DNA of 64,000 nucleotides, taken from positions 10,328 to 74,327 of the IMG/VR virus record IMGVR_UViG_3300019757_000093, one strand, 5' to 3'. The translations under genes were made by a program, and so were the position numbers. Positions within the stretch are counted from its first letter, which is position 1; every line of letters starts with the position of its first letter. The notes under the pieces are model-generated. The model searched no databases. It was not told where the DNA came from and saw only the letters and a program-made list of their open reading frames with translations. Origin of the DNA: a virus. Shown piece after piece: positions 9,731 to 19,572 of this stretch.

Positions 9731-10523
9731 AATTAATAAATTTTTTGAATTATTTAACGAAGATGGTACATTAAGACCTAAATATATCTTTACTGATATA
9801 CATGGTTGCTATGACACGTTTGTAGCATTATTAGATAAATTACCTAATAAAGGAATTGGATTAGATGTTATTATTACTGGGGATATAGTAGATAGAGGAA
9901 ATGATTCTTTAAAGATAATTGATTTAATTATAGAAAGAGGATACCTTTGTTTATTAGGTAACCACGAAGATATGCTATTAAAATGGTATGGGCCGGAATT
10001 AGAAAATATTTATGGGGATACTTGGATTCAAAATGGTGGATACTTCTTAGAAAGAGAATTAACTTTATTAAAAAAATTTAATCCTCATAGATTTAATAAA
10101 TATATGGATTTTTTTAAGAATTTAAAATATTATGCTATTCTTCCAGACGAATATAATATTAATAATAGAAAAGTTCTATTAACTCATGCTCCTAGTAATT
10201 ATTTTTTTGAATTAGGAAATGCTTTATCAAAAGACGATAGATTTAATATGATTTGGAATAGAACCATTCATAATGATATAGATAAGAATTACTTTAATAT
10301 ATGTGGTCATAATCCTAGTCGAATGTTCGAGAGAGTAAATCATCCTAATTTAACTGAAGAAAAAGTTTTATTGAGAGATGATCTGGCAAGTATTGATACT
10401 AGTTGTAGTTATGGCGAAATGCTAACTTGTTTAATTCTCCCAAGTAAAGAAATTATACAGCAGAAAAATGTGGAAGTTCCAGATAGAACAGAAGTACAAC
10501 AAACAAGAGGTTATAATGGATAA
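9714..10523 (+). CDS. Ser/Thr protein phosphatase-type metallophosphoesterase
   Basis: DIHG, GDIVDRG, GNHE, THA, CGH and IDT motifs. Confidence 0.9.
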   Translation: MVFGIRINKFFELFNEDGTLRPKYIFTDIHGCYDTFVALLDKLPNKGIGLDVIITGDIVDRGNDSLKIIDLIIERGYLCLLGNHEDMLLKWYGPELENIYGDTWIQNGGYFLERELTLLKKFNPHRFNKYMDFFKNLKYYAILPDEYNINNRKVLLTHAPSNYFFELGNALSKDDRFNMIWNRTIHNDIDKNYFNICGHNPSRMFERVNHPNLTEEKVLLRDDLASIDTSCSYGEMLTCLILPSKEIIQQKNVEVPDRTEVQQTRGYNG

Positions 10524-11256
10524 ACATATACATATACTAGCGGCTCATTTAGATGATATTGAAATATCTTTATTTGGATATCTTCAAAGAGAGATTAAAG
10601 AAGCGGATATTGGGGAATATAAATTATATATTAATACTTATATATGTAGTGCTGGATTAGCTAAAGATGGATACATATCTCAAAGAAGAGGTGAAGTATA
10701 TATTGAAAATTTAGAAAGTATTTTTGATTGTAAAAGTAACGATGAAGAGGAGGATACTTTATTTCTAAAAGATAATAAAGAAGATTCCCCTGATTTAATT
10801 AATGGTAATTGTGTTATAGAAGCATATGAAATAGATTTATTATTTCATGACAATATATCTTCCATAAAAAAAGAATGCGAAACATTTATCAGCAATGGAT
10901 ATTCTTATAGTGAAGATAGTATTAATGTATTAATATATAATAGTCTAGATATTCATACTGATCATCAAGTTGTAAAGAATATCGGGGATGTTATTGCAAG
11001 ACCATCTTCTCAAGGTGGGATGTACCACTGGGACGAGGTTAGAAATTTTGTAATACCAAGTAATGAATATTCTCAATATGGTATTGGTCCAATACCTCAA
11101 AATTCAGGGAACTATTTTTTAACTCTAACTAAAAAAGAGAAAGAAATAAAAAGAAAATGCATAAATAGATATTTTGAAATAGGCGTACTTAAAGAAAAAG
11201 TTTCTTTAAAAGAATTAAGTACAGAAAAACAGAATATTATATATATTCAAGAATAA
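10516..11256 (+). CDS. PIG-L/LmbE family de-N-acetylase
   Basis: AHLDDIE and DIHTDH motifs; ATG 10516 follows a GAGG SD. Confidence 0.75.
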   Translation: MDKHIHILAAHLDDIEISLFGYLQREIKEADIGEYKLYINTYICSAGLAKDGYISQRRGEVYIENLESIFDCKSNDEEEDTLFLKDNKEDSPDLINGNCVIEAYEIDLLFHDNISSIKKECETFISNGYSYSEDSINVLIYNSLDIHTDHQVVKNIGDVIARPSSQGGMYHWDEVRNFVIPSNEYSQYGIGPIPQNSGNYFLTLTKKEKEIKRKCINRYFEIGVLKEKVSLKELSTEKQNIIYIQE

Positions 11257-11266
11257 AGAGGTAAAA

Positions 11267-12472
11267 ATGGAAAATGTAGAAGAGATTCAGGAATTAGTAA
11301 CTGAATTAATAGACGAGGCTTTAATTGATAATAGCACTCCGAAAAAAACTAAAAAGGTTTATCCAATGGGTAATAAAAAAGTTTTATTACTTGGAGGGAA
11401 TGGTTTTATAGGGACGGCTTTAAATAAATATTTAACGAAAATTGGATATGAAGTTCATGTATTAGATTATACATTTGATACTTTAAATAATCCACAAAAT
11501 ACTTATCAATGTAATTTAAATAGTCTGGATCAAACAACAGAAATGCTTAGAGTAATCCTAGATAAAACGGGATTAGATGGATTAACTATTTTCCACTTAG
11601 CAAGTACCGTTGGACCAGAATTAATTAATATTGATAATAGTATTAATGATTTTAAAATACATTTTAATATTTATGAAGCTATAAAAGGGGAAATTTTTAG
11701 AAGAGGAGAAACTCCACATAAAATGATTTTTACGGGGAGTTCAGAATCTTATGGGGATATTCCAGTAATGGATGAGTCAAAAGGTAGTTTAGTTAATGTA
11801 TTAACTGAAGGAGCTAGACCATTATATTCATTACAAAAATTAGCAGCGGAAAATATATTTTTAACTCAAACAGATTACCCAGTAGTATGTACTAGACTAT
11901 TTAACGTAGTTGGAAAGGGACAAAGAAAAGATTTTATTTTTCCTAAATTAACGGATGTTATAACTAAGAATTTAGATTGTATTAGAAATTGTAAAATGGA
12001 CTTTGAAAAATTTCAAGTACATGGAGACGGATTACAAAGTAGAAATTTTATTTCGATAGATGATACTGTAGTAATTATGGAGAAACTTATTAATTGGGAA
12101 GATGATGAAGAACATATTGGTTTAAATGATTATCAAATTAATGATGGAATTATTAATATATCTTGTATTCAAAATGAGAGTACTATATTGCATTTAGTAC
12201 AAAAATTCTTAGAATTATTTAGAACTGTGATTCATAATGGTGTTAAATATCTTACCGATAAAAGTAATGATGCTATAGGGTTAGATGAATATGAATTAAA
12301 TAGTCTAGAGTACTTAAAGAAAGTTATTGCTTTACCAAATGAAGATTTCATTGAATTTAAAGATGGTTTAATTGGTCAAAATAAAAGAAGTCCATTAGTA
12401 TATAAACTATATAAAATTCTTAAATACAGACCAAAGAAAGATCTTAATACCTTAATAAATGATATGATATGA
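11267..12472 (+). CDS. NAD-dependent NDP-sugar epimerase/dehydratase
   Basis: GGNGFIG, FHLAS, SSESYG, YSLQK (YxxxK), RLFNVVG, GDGLQSRNFI. Confidence 0.9.
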   Translation: MENVEEIQELVTELIDEALIDNSTPKKTKKVYPMGNKKVLLLGGNGFIGTALNKYLTKIGYEVHVLDYTFDTLNNPQNTYQCNLNSLDQTTEMLRVILDKTGLDGLTIFHLASTVGPELINIDNSINDFKIHFNIYEAIKGEIFRRGETPHKMIFTGSSESYGDIPVMDESKGSLVNVLTEGARPLYSLQKLAAENIFLTQTDYPVVCTRLFNVVGKGQRKDFIFPKLTDVITKNLDCIRNCKMDFEKFQVHGDGLQSRNFISIDDTVVIMEKLINWEDDEEHIGLNDYQINDGIINISCIQNESTILHLVQKFLELFRTVIHNGVKYLTDKSNDAIGLDEYELNSLEYLKKVIALPNEDFIEFKDGLIGQNKRSPLVYKLYKILKYRPKKDLNTLINDMI

Positions 12473-13071
12473 AACCGATAATAACTGGTACTATGTACGG
12501 GGAAGTTTCTTTTAATGTGGATGTTAGAAGAAACCGGTTATTGATAAAAGGGGAAATTCCAGAAGATTATGATACATTTCAAATTCTTGGTAAATTTATA
12601 GAGGCTTTATCTATGCTAAACAAAGACCTAGAAATAGTCGTACTATTTGATATGAAAAAAGTACCATTTATATTTATAATGTATCTTAATAAAATTCAGA
12701 ACACTATTCTATTAGAAGAAGAAAAAGAAATGATTTTTACTATAGTCTCTAGAGATAAAAAGTTAAAAAATTTCTTAGATGATTTTAAAGAGAGTTCTAA
12801 TATTATGGAACAGAATGGTATTAATCCTTTTAAAGATATTTTAAAAACTATCGGAGCAGGAAATACAGATATAGATATAGTTAATATTCCAGACGAGTTC
12901 AAGGATATTATGCCAGAAGATTTACAAGAAAGTATTTCTAAAATGAATGAATTTAATCCATTACCTGATCAGGACGAAGATGAGATTAACCTAACTGAAA
13001 AACAAGTTCAGGATATTCAGGATTTAAATATAGAACAGTTAAATAAAATTAAATTTATTTATAGAGATTAG
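12469..13071 (+). CDS. Hypothetical protein with acidic C-terminus
   Basis: ATGA overlap with the epimerase stop. Confidence 0.7.
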   Translation: MKPIITGTMYGEVSFNVDVRRNRLLIKGEIPEDYDTFQILGKFIEALSMLNKDLEIVVLFDMKKVPFIFIMYLNKIQNTILLEEEKEMIFTIVSRDKKLKNFLDDFKESSNIMEQNGINPFKDILKTIGAGNTDIDIVNIPDEFKDIMPEDLQESISKMNEFNPLPDQDEDEINLTEKQVQDIQDLNIEQLNKIKFIYRD

Positions 13072-13103
13072 GATTAAGCCTGGCTTAATCCTATTTTCAT
13101 GTG
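13069..13103 (+). terminator. Hairpin followed by a variant tail motif (TTTTCATGTG)
   Basis: TAGGATTAAGC-ctg-GCTTAATCCTA at a gene end. Confidence 0.65.
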
Positions 13104-13158
13104 TTTAAATTATAGCTAACAAAGAGAAGATAAAAAATATAAAATTAAAGGAAAAAAT

Positions 13159-13977
13159 ATGTTTCAAATTATATCTGAAGCTGCTTTTGAAACTAGAGGA
13201 AGCGTACAGATTCTAGAAGAAATGGCATTACCAGGAGAATCAAAGAGATTGATTTTCAGAGCTATTCTACAAGAAGCCGAAGTAGTAAATAATAATAAAA
13301 GAGTTTACCCAGCAGCTACATTACAAGCAGTTGTTCAACAATTAAGAGCAAAAGCTCAAGAAAGAAAATTACTTGGAGAGATGGATCATCCACAACCTCA
13401 AGGTGATAATAAAGCTAAACTTAAAAGAAGTAGTACTATTTTACTTGGTAACGTATGTGTACTTTTTAGAAAATTAGATTTTATCGATGGAAAAATTATA
13501 GCAGAATGCGAAACATTAAGTAACAGAGCTGGAATGGATTTATATAATCTATTAAAAGATGGAGCAGTAATTGGATTTTCTTTAAGAGCGTTTGGAGAAA
13601 CGGCTGATAGAGGTTCTGGAATAGTAGAAGTTATTCCATCAGGATTAAAAGCATTAACATTTGATGTTGTAGCTAATCCAAGTCATGATACAGCCGTAAT
13701 TACAGAATTCTTGCAAGAGGGTACAGAAGTTTCTGAGAAAGAATTAATGTTATCTTTAGTTCAAGAAATGTCTGACTTTAAATTAAGTATGACTAAAACG
13801 AAAAGTGGTATGGTACTTGAAGAAGCACAAAGCTTATTCCAAGATATTAAACCAAAAATGAAGCCAAACGATAAAGTATGTATTAATGGAATTTGTATGA
13901 GAGGACCTATTGAAGAAACTGTAGATTATCTTATTTCAAAATCTTTTAAAAAACCAAAAATGATTAAACTAGTTTAA
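13159..13977 (+). CDS. Prohead core protease (T4 gp21-like)
   Basis: NNNKRVYP, LGEMDHP, GFSLRAFG and FDVVANPS motifs; upstream of the capsid gene. Confidence 0.9.
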   Translation: MFQIISEAAFETRGSVQILEEMALPGESKRLIFRAILQEAEVVNNNKRVYPAATLQAVVQQLRAKAQERKLLGEMDHPQPQGDNKAKLKRSSTILLGNVCVLFRKLDFIDGKIIAECETLSNRAGMDLYNLLKDGAVIGFSLRAFGETADRGSGIVEVIPSGLKALTFDVVANPSHDTAVITEFLQEGTEVSEKELMLSLVQEMSDFKLSMTKTKSGMVLEEAQSLFQDIKPKMKPNDKVCINGICMRGPIEETVDYLISKSFKKPKMIKLV

Positions 13978-13998
13978 TCTAAATTTCAAAGGAAAATT

Positions 13999-14460
13999 AT
14001 GGAGTTAAAGGTAAATAAACAATTACTTCTAGAAGGAGTTTTTACTTCTGGGAAAAAAGTTAATCATCCAGGTAAATTTATACCTGGAACGGCAGATAGA
14101 AAGAAACATCTATCTGCTGTTTCAGCACATGGTAAAGATAAAGCAGAAAGAAACGTTACTGCTAAACAAGCTAAAGATATTAGAAGTTCTCCTAGAGTAC
14201 AATCTGCTAAAAAAAGAATAAATGAAGCAAAAGCTCATGGTATGAAGCCAAGAAGTGCTGATAAAGATACAAGTACTTTAGCCCATAATTTAGTAGCCGG
14301 CGGAATTTTAAAACAAGCGCATAAGCGATCTAAATCATTAGAGGGGATTGTTAAAGATGCTACTGATACTTCTAATAGAATTAAAACTAAAAAACATACT
14401 ATTGGCGATGATAATTTAATGGATAAGAAATTATCCGGCAAAGATATTAAAAGCGTTTAA
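13999..14460 (+). CDS. Basic putative internal head protein with MELKVNKQLLLE leader
   Basis: Lys/His-rich; leader shared with 14482, 14724 and 61367. Confidence 0.6.
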   Translation: MELKVNKQLLLEGVFTSGKKVNHPGKFIPGTADRKKHLSAVSAHGKDKAERNVTAKQAKDIRSSPRVQSAKKRINEAKAHGMKPRSADKDTSTLAHNLVAGGILKQAHKRSKSLEGIVKDATDTSNRIKTKKHTIGDDNLMDKKLSGKDIKSV

Positions 14461-14481
14461 AATAAAGAAGGAAAAATTAAG

Positions 14482-14724
14482 ATGGAACAAACATTTAAGA
14501 TAAATAAACAACTTTTGATTTTGGAAGCTACTTCTATGTTAGAAGAGGCTAAACATAATCAAAAAACTGGTGCTGGAAGTACTCTTACGGATGTAACTCA
14601 TTCCGGTAAAAGTGATAGTGCATTATTTAATTCCGCTTCTGAAAAAACAGTTGATGATAAAAAAGATATCACTGATGAAAATAAAGAAGAGAAAAAAGAA
14701 ATTAATACTAGGATGGTAGATTAA
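14482..14724 (+). CDS. Putative internal head protein (leader FKINKQLLILE)
   Basis: Shared leader; lies between protease and capsid genes. Confidence 0.55.
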   Translation: MEQTFKINKQLLILEATSMLEEAKHNQKTGAGSTLTDVTHSGKSDSALFNSASEKTVDDKKDITDENKEEKKEINTRMVD

Positions 14725-15032
14725 TGCAGGTAGAATTAGAAGTAAATAAATCGACTATCCTAGAAGAATTAAACGCTAAACAATTCTTTGGAGTACCAGC
14801 CGCTACTGTAGGTGGAGGAGTAATTGGATCTACTATTGGATCTGGAGTTGGTCTTTTATCTGGAGTAGCAGGTGGAGAACCAGAAACCGTTGATGATATT
14901 GTTGGGAGTGGTGTAGCGAATGCTTTAATTGGCTCGGCTGTTGGTGGAACAGTAGGAGCTCTTGGTTCTGGCTATATGGCAAATAATGTTTTAAGAGATA
15001 GACCAGAAGATCAAATGGTTCCACAAAAATAA
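14724..15032 (+). CDS. Glycine-zipper protein with related leader (ELEVNKSTILEE)
   Basis: Two GxxxG-rich hydrophobic segments. Confidence 0.55.
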   Translation: MQVELEVNKSTILEELNAKQFFGVPAATVGGGVIGSTIGSGVGLLSGVAGGEPETVDDIVGSGVANALIGSAVGGTVGALGSGYMANNVLRDRPEDQMVPQK

Positions 15033-15052
15033 AACACTTTATTTTTAGTACT

Positions 15053-15304
15053 AACTAATGTCTAGAATAAACATAGCAAAACATAATATTTAAATAGCCG
15101 ATGCTATTTAAAATAGTTTGGGTTTATAGTCATCCCGCCTTAGGATGGTATAATAATATCATTACTACAATAAAACTTATTATGTACTCGTTAAGTTAAT
15201 TACTTAAACGTTTTTGCAAAAACGCTTTTTAATTAGAAGCACATTAGAGCATAGCTCGTAAAAAATATAACGGGTATTTACCCAATTTAAAAAAGGAAGT
15301 CCAA
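15053..15304 (+). promoter_or_regulatory. Putative late promoter (AACTAA-TGTC-TA) and a structured leader of about 240 nt for the capsid gene
   Basis: Motif at 15053..15064; several inverted repeats in 15089..15283. Confidence 0.55.
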
Positions 15305-16855
15305 ATGGCACAAATTTTAGATAATCTTATTATGGAAAACTACGATGTTTTCGTAAAAGAACATAGCACGCTTTTCGAAGAAGCTAGAACACCTTCAGAA
15401 ATTCTTTTCGATGATTCATACTTTGAAATGTACGTTTCTCAGTTAACAAAAGGTCTTGAAGAAGCAACAATTAAGCAAATTACTCCAGTTCTTGATAGAG
15501 AAAGAAAAATGTTCCTTGAAGAGCATAATGCCTTATTAAGTTCTCCAGAAGCAATTGCTTATGCTGTAACTACATTCCCAATGTTAATTAACATCTATGC
15601 TGAGCCTCAATTAAGTAAAATTGTAACAACTTATCCTTCAGATGTTCCTACTTTATCTATCTCTAGAATCAAATGGGTTTCTAAAGTTATTGATGAAAAA
15701 GGTGGAGTTACTGAATATATGTTCCCAACAGCTACTGAAATGGTTAGACCTAACTTTAAACAATTTAAAGTTTCTCAATCAGCTAATCTTTATACAGAAT
15801 TAGATATCGCTAAAGGTGATTTCAGACTTTCTAAAAGAAATTTCAAAGTAACTGGTATTGATGTTGCAGTTGACGATGGTTCTGCTGTTACTACAGTTAA
15901 TGTTCCAGTAATTGCTATTGCAGGTGCTAGAGGTAACTTTACAGTTGAAGATTTCCTTGTTCCAGGTGTAACAGGTGGTGTTTATAAATTACAAGGTTCT
16001 GTAGACTTTGAATCAGGTTCTGTAACTTGGTCTGTAATTACTATTGAAGTTGGTGATAAAGCTGTTTCAGGTGAAAGCATTGAAGTTAAATTTAGATTAT
16101 TTGGTAACGGTAACGGTAGAGGTGTTGTTAAATCAGCTCCAAAACAAGACATCATTGATGTTAATGCTGATATTGAAGATTCTTTTGAAGTTGAAAATAT
16201 CGAAGAAGTGATCCAAGATTGGTCTGCGATCTATAAACTTGATATTATTTCTGAACTTAAAAACTTCGTTAAACAACAAATCAAGTTAAATAGAGATTAC
16301 GAAATTGCTGATCTTTTAGAATCAAATATTCCTTATGCTATGAGTGTTGGACAATACAAAGAGATTGACTTTACACAGTATACTGAATTAGGCGGATTCA
16401 AACCTTCAAATGTTCAAGATGTATTTAAAAATATTGTTCCTACTATTATGTCTCTAGTTGAGAAAATGAGAAAAACAAACAATATGGAAGTACAATACTT
16501 AGCTTGTGGTGTTGATGTTGCTGTTATCCTTAAATCATTACAAGAATTCGCAATTAAATTTGAGAAAATGAATGGTGAATCAGGTGTTAATGGTACAGTT
16601 GGTGGATTCAATAAACTTGAAATCATCGAGTCTTATGCAATTAATGATGACTTAATGCACTTAGTATTAGTTGCTCCAGCAATGAACCAAAGTTCAATCG
16701 TTGAAGTATTATTTAAGCCTTTATATATCATTACAGAGACTACTAACTCAATCAGAAGAACATTCATTAAATCTAGAACATGGATTGGAATTGTTAGATC
16801 TGAAGGTATTGGTACAATCAGACTTAAAGGTTATGACGCTTGGGTAAATGTTTAA
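15305..16855 (+). CDS. Major capsid protein (divergent gp23/HK97-type)
   Basis: Position after the protease; EEVIQDWSAIYKLDIISEL...QIKLNRDYEI resembles the gp23 'ELAQDL..vhglD...eL...I..EI' block; high-expression codon bias (TTC, AAC, ATC). Confidence 0.85.
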   Translation: MAQILDNLIMENYDVFVKEHSTLFEEARTPSEILFDDSYFEMYVSQLTKGLEEATIKQITPVLDRERKMFLEEHNALLSSPEAIAYAVTTFPMLINIYAEPQLSKIVTTYPSDVPTLSISRIKWVSKVIDEKGGVTEYMFPTATEMVRPNFKQFKVSQSANLYTELDIAKGDFRLSKRNFKVTGIDVAVDDGSAVTTVNVPVIAIAGARGNFTVEDFLVPGVTGGVYKLQGSVDFESGSVTWSVITIEVGDKAVSGESIEVKFRLFGNGNGRGVVKSAPKQDIIDVNADIEDSFEVENIEEVIQDWSAIYKLDIISELKNFVKQQIKLNRDYEIADLLESNIPYAMSVGQYKEIDFTQYTELGGFKPSNVQDVFKNIVPTIMSLVEKMRKTNNMEVQYLACGVDVAVILKSLQEFAIKFEKMNGESGVNGTVGGFNKLEIIESYAINDDLMHLVLVAPAMNQSSIVEVLFKPLYIITETTNSIRRTFIKSRTWIGIVRSEGIGTIRLKGYDAWVNV

Positions 16856-16940
16856 TCCTAACGGATTAAACATCTTTATAATTTAATAATAAAATTCTTT
16901 GATGGAAAATAGTACTAGTAATAAAGTACGGAAAATGGAA

Positions 16941-16980
16941 CTTAGATATGGACGAATCCATATCTAAGATTTCCTGTCGT
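16941..16980 (+). terminator. Hairpin + TTCCTGTC element
   Basis: CTTAGATATGGA-cgaa-TCCATATCTAAG then ATTTCCTGTCGT. Confidence 0.75.
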
Positions 16981-17013
16981 AGCTAAAATAGATATTTTTT
17001 AAAAAGGTATTAT

Positions 17014-18495
17014 ATGGATAAATTACAAAAAATAAATCTAAAACATAATTATAAATTTAAGTATATTTCTGAAATAAAAAGAAACTGTGATATAATTAAA
17101 TTTATATGTCCGGAACATGGCGAACAAGAAATGAAATATATTAATCATTTAAATAGTCCAACTGGTTGTAAAATATGCAATAATATTATTATATCTCAAA
17201 GAAATTCTAAAAAGAGACCAATTGAAAAAAGCAGATCAATTAGATTAAATAATCTAAATAAAAAATTTAATAAAAAATTTAAATATTTAAATTTAGATAA
17301 TATTACTGATTTTAATAAAGAATTATTAGATATAGAATGTCCAGAACATGGAAAATTTAAAATGGGGTATATTAGACATCTTAATCATAAAACGGGTTGT
17401 CCTATATGTTCGTATAAAATAAATTATCCAAATATTAAAAATATAGAATATTTAAACAATAAAAATTATATTACTAATAACTTTATTCATAATAATATAT
17501 TAGATACTATTGCTATTACTAAATTTTTTAATGTTGGTATAATAAAAATACATAAAATATTAAATAATTTAAAAATTTCGTATAAGAAAAAGATTGGTGG
17601 TAATAGTCAATTAGAACAAGAAGTATTAACTTTTATTAAATCCATATACTCTGGAAAAATAATAACGAACTCTCGAAAAATTATTACTCCACTAGAATTA
17701 GATATTTATATACCAGAATATAATTTGGCTATAGAATTTAATGGTCTTTATTATCATTCATACGGATTAAATAATATTACTGATAAACAAGCTGATTTAA
17801 AATATCAGAGTACTAGACATTTAAATAAGACTAATCTATGCGAAGATAAAAATATAAATTTATTACATATTTTTGAGAATGAATGGTTAGATAATAATAA
17901 GCGAGAAATATGGAAAAGTATTATTAAAAATAAATTAAAAATAAATAATAATAAAATATATGCCAGAAAAACCATTATAAAAGAAGTATCTATTCTAGAT
18001 GCTAGAATATTTCTAGAAGAAAATCATATACAAGGTGCTGGAGCTATTGGTCCTATTAGATATGGTCTATATTTAAATGATACCTTAGTATCAATAATGA
18101 CATTTGGTAAACCTAGATTCAATAAAACTATACCCTTCGAATTAATACGTTTATGTAGTAAAATTAATTATACCGTAGTAGGTGGGGCATCTAGGTTATT
18201 TAAATATTTTAGAAAATACCATCCAGGTGAAATAATATCGTATGCAAATAGAAGATTTGCATTTAAGCATAAGAATATATATAAAACGCTAGGTTTAGAA
18301 GAAGAAGAAGTTACTGTACCAAATATGTTTTATTTTAAAGGAACTTCCGAATTATATAGTAGACATAAATTCCAAAAACATAAATTGATAAATTTTGAGC
18401 ACTATTCAAAAGATAAAAGCGCATTAGAAATTATGATAAATAATGGATATAGAAGAATTTATGATAGTGGTAATTTAAAATTTAAAACTAATTAA
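17014..18495 (+). CDS. Hef-like free-standing homing endonuclease
   Basis: Two CPEHG...GCxxC zinc-ribbon repeats; ELDIYIPEYNLAIEFNGLYYH nuclease core; C-terminal RRIYDSG; very AT-rich. Confidence 0.85.
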   Translation: MDKLQKINLKHNYKFKYISEIKRNCDIIKFICPEHGEQEMKYINHLNSPTGCKICNNIIISQRNSKKRPIEKSRSIRLNNLNKKFNKKFKYLNLDNITDFNKELLDIECPEHGKFKMGYIRHLNHKTGCPICSYKINYPNIKNIEYLNNKNYITNNFIHNNILDTIAITKFFNVGIIKIHKILNNLKISYKKKIGGNSQLEQEVLTFIKSIYSGKIITNSRKIITPLELDIYIPEYNLAIEFNGLYYHSYGLNNITDKQADLKYQSTRHLNKTNLCEDKNINLLHIFENEWLDNNKREIWKSIIKNKLKINNNKIYARKTIIKEVSILDARIFLEENHIQGAGAIGPIRYGLYLNDTLVSIMTFGKPRFNKTIPFELIRLCSKINYTVVGGASRLFKYFRKYHPGEIISYANRRFAFKHKNIYKTLGLEEEEVTVPNMFYFKGTSELYSRHKFQKHKLINFEHYSKDKSALEIMINNGYRRIYDSGNLKFKTN

Positions 18496-18550
18496 AATAT
18501 TCCCTTCGGGGAATATTCCTGTCGTTGAATTTACTTAGAACTAAAACTTA
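18496..18550 (+). promoter_or_regulatory. Hairpin(UUCG)+TTCCTGTC element followed by the AACTAA-AACT-TA promoter motif
   Basis: AATATTCCC-ttcg-GGGAATATT, TTCCTGTC at 18516, AACT at 18539. Confidence 0.75.
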
Positions 18551-18570
18551 TAAAATAAGAAGGATTTGCT

Positions 18571-19035
18571 ATGGCGTTAATGGATTTTAGTCTAGGGGAT
18601 ATTGGTGGACTATTTACTGGTTTAAGAGAAGCAATTACTGGAGAAAAAATAGAAGACCCAGTAGAATTAGCTAAGATAGATTTACAATTACAAGAATTAG
18701 AACGCCTTGCAAATGCTGGTCAAATGGAAGTTAATAAAGTAGAAGCGGCCCATAAATCAATATTTGTAGCTGGTTGGCGCCCCTGGCTCGGCTGGGTATG
18801 TGGAATGTCAATAGCATATAGTTTTATTGGACAACCATTATTAGAATGGGGATTGGTTTTCTTCGATCATCAGATAGCTGTAAAAACAGTAATAGATGGT
18901 TCTATAGTTTGGTCAGAGGGAATAAAAGTACCACAAATAGATTCGGAGAATCTGATGGAATTAACCTTAGGAATGTTAGGTTTAGCTGGACTAAGAACAT
19001 ATGAAAAAACAAAAGGAGTCTCTCGTGAAAGATAA
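18571..19035 (+). CDS. Holin (3TM gene-transfer-release type)
   Basis: FVAGWRPWLGWVCG and GMLGLAGLRTYEK signatures. Confidence 0.85.
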   Translation: MALMDFSLGDIGGLFTGLREAITGEKIEDPVELAKIDLQLQELERLANAGQMEVNKVEAAHKSIFVAGWRPWLGWVCGMSIAYSFIGQPLLEWGLVFFDHQIAVKTVIDGSIVWSEGIKVPQIDSENLMELTLGMLGLAGLRTYEKTKGVSRER

Positions 19036-19549
19036 ATTTTGTAATAATTGCAGTACTCCTTTAATTATTAATATTAATTGGAAAGAATATCATCAAAAAA
19101 ATTGGATTAATACGTGTACTGTTTGTATTAATAAAAAAAATAAAATTGAGGCTAGAAAAAAGTATAAAAAGAATAAAGAAAAATTTATTTCCTCTAGTAA
19201 AAAATGCCAACTGAAATTAAAAAATAATAATCCCAAGCTTTATAAAGCTAGAGAAATGAGACAATCAGCTAAAGGAAGATCTAAAAAGAAAAATTTAGAT
19301 TTTAATATTACAGTTGAAGATATTTATTCTATTATGCCAGACTATTGCCCAATTTTAAAATCTAAATTAACATATTCTGGAAATAAAGATAAGAATTCTG
19401 CTTCCTTAGATAGAATCGATAGTTCGAAAGGATATACTAAAGAAAATATTCAAATAATATCTCAATTAGCAAATATGATGAAAAGCAATTCTAATGAAGA
19501 GGAACAATTACTTTTCGCAAATTATATATTTAACAAAAATAAGAAATAA
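19025..19549 (+). CDS. HNH-type homing endonuclease
   Basis: CPIL...SLDRIDSSKGYTKENIQIISQLANMMK; N-terminal CxxC pairs; GTG 19025 follows AGGAG. Confidence 0.8.
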   Translation: MKDKFCNNCSTPLIININWKEYHQKNWINTCTVCINKKNKIEARKKYKKNKEKFISSSKKCQLKLKNNNPKLYKAREMRQSAKGRSKKKNLDFNITVEDIYSIMPDYCPILKSKLTYSGNKDKNSASLDRIDSSKGYTKENIQIISQLANMMKSNSNEEEQLLFANYIFNKNKK

Positions 19550-19572
19550 AATAAAATAAAAGAAGGAATATT

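Noticed and set aside
15033-17013. tRNA or group I intron around the capsid gene
   Set aside because: No cloverleaf or T-loop consensus, the capsid ORF is uninterrupted, and no intron core motifs were recognised
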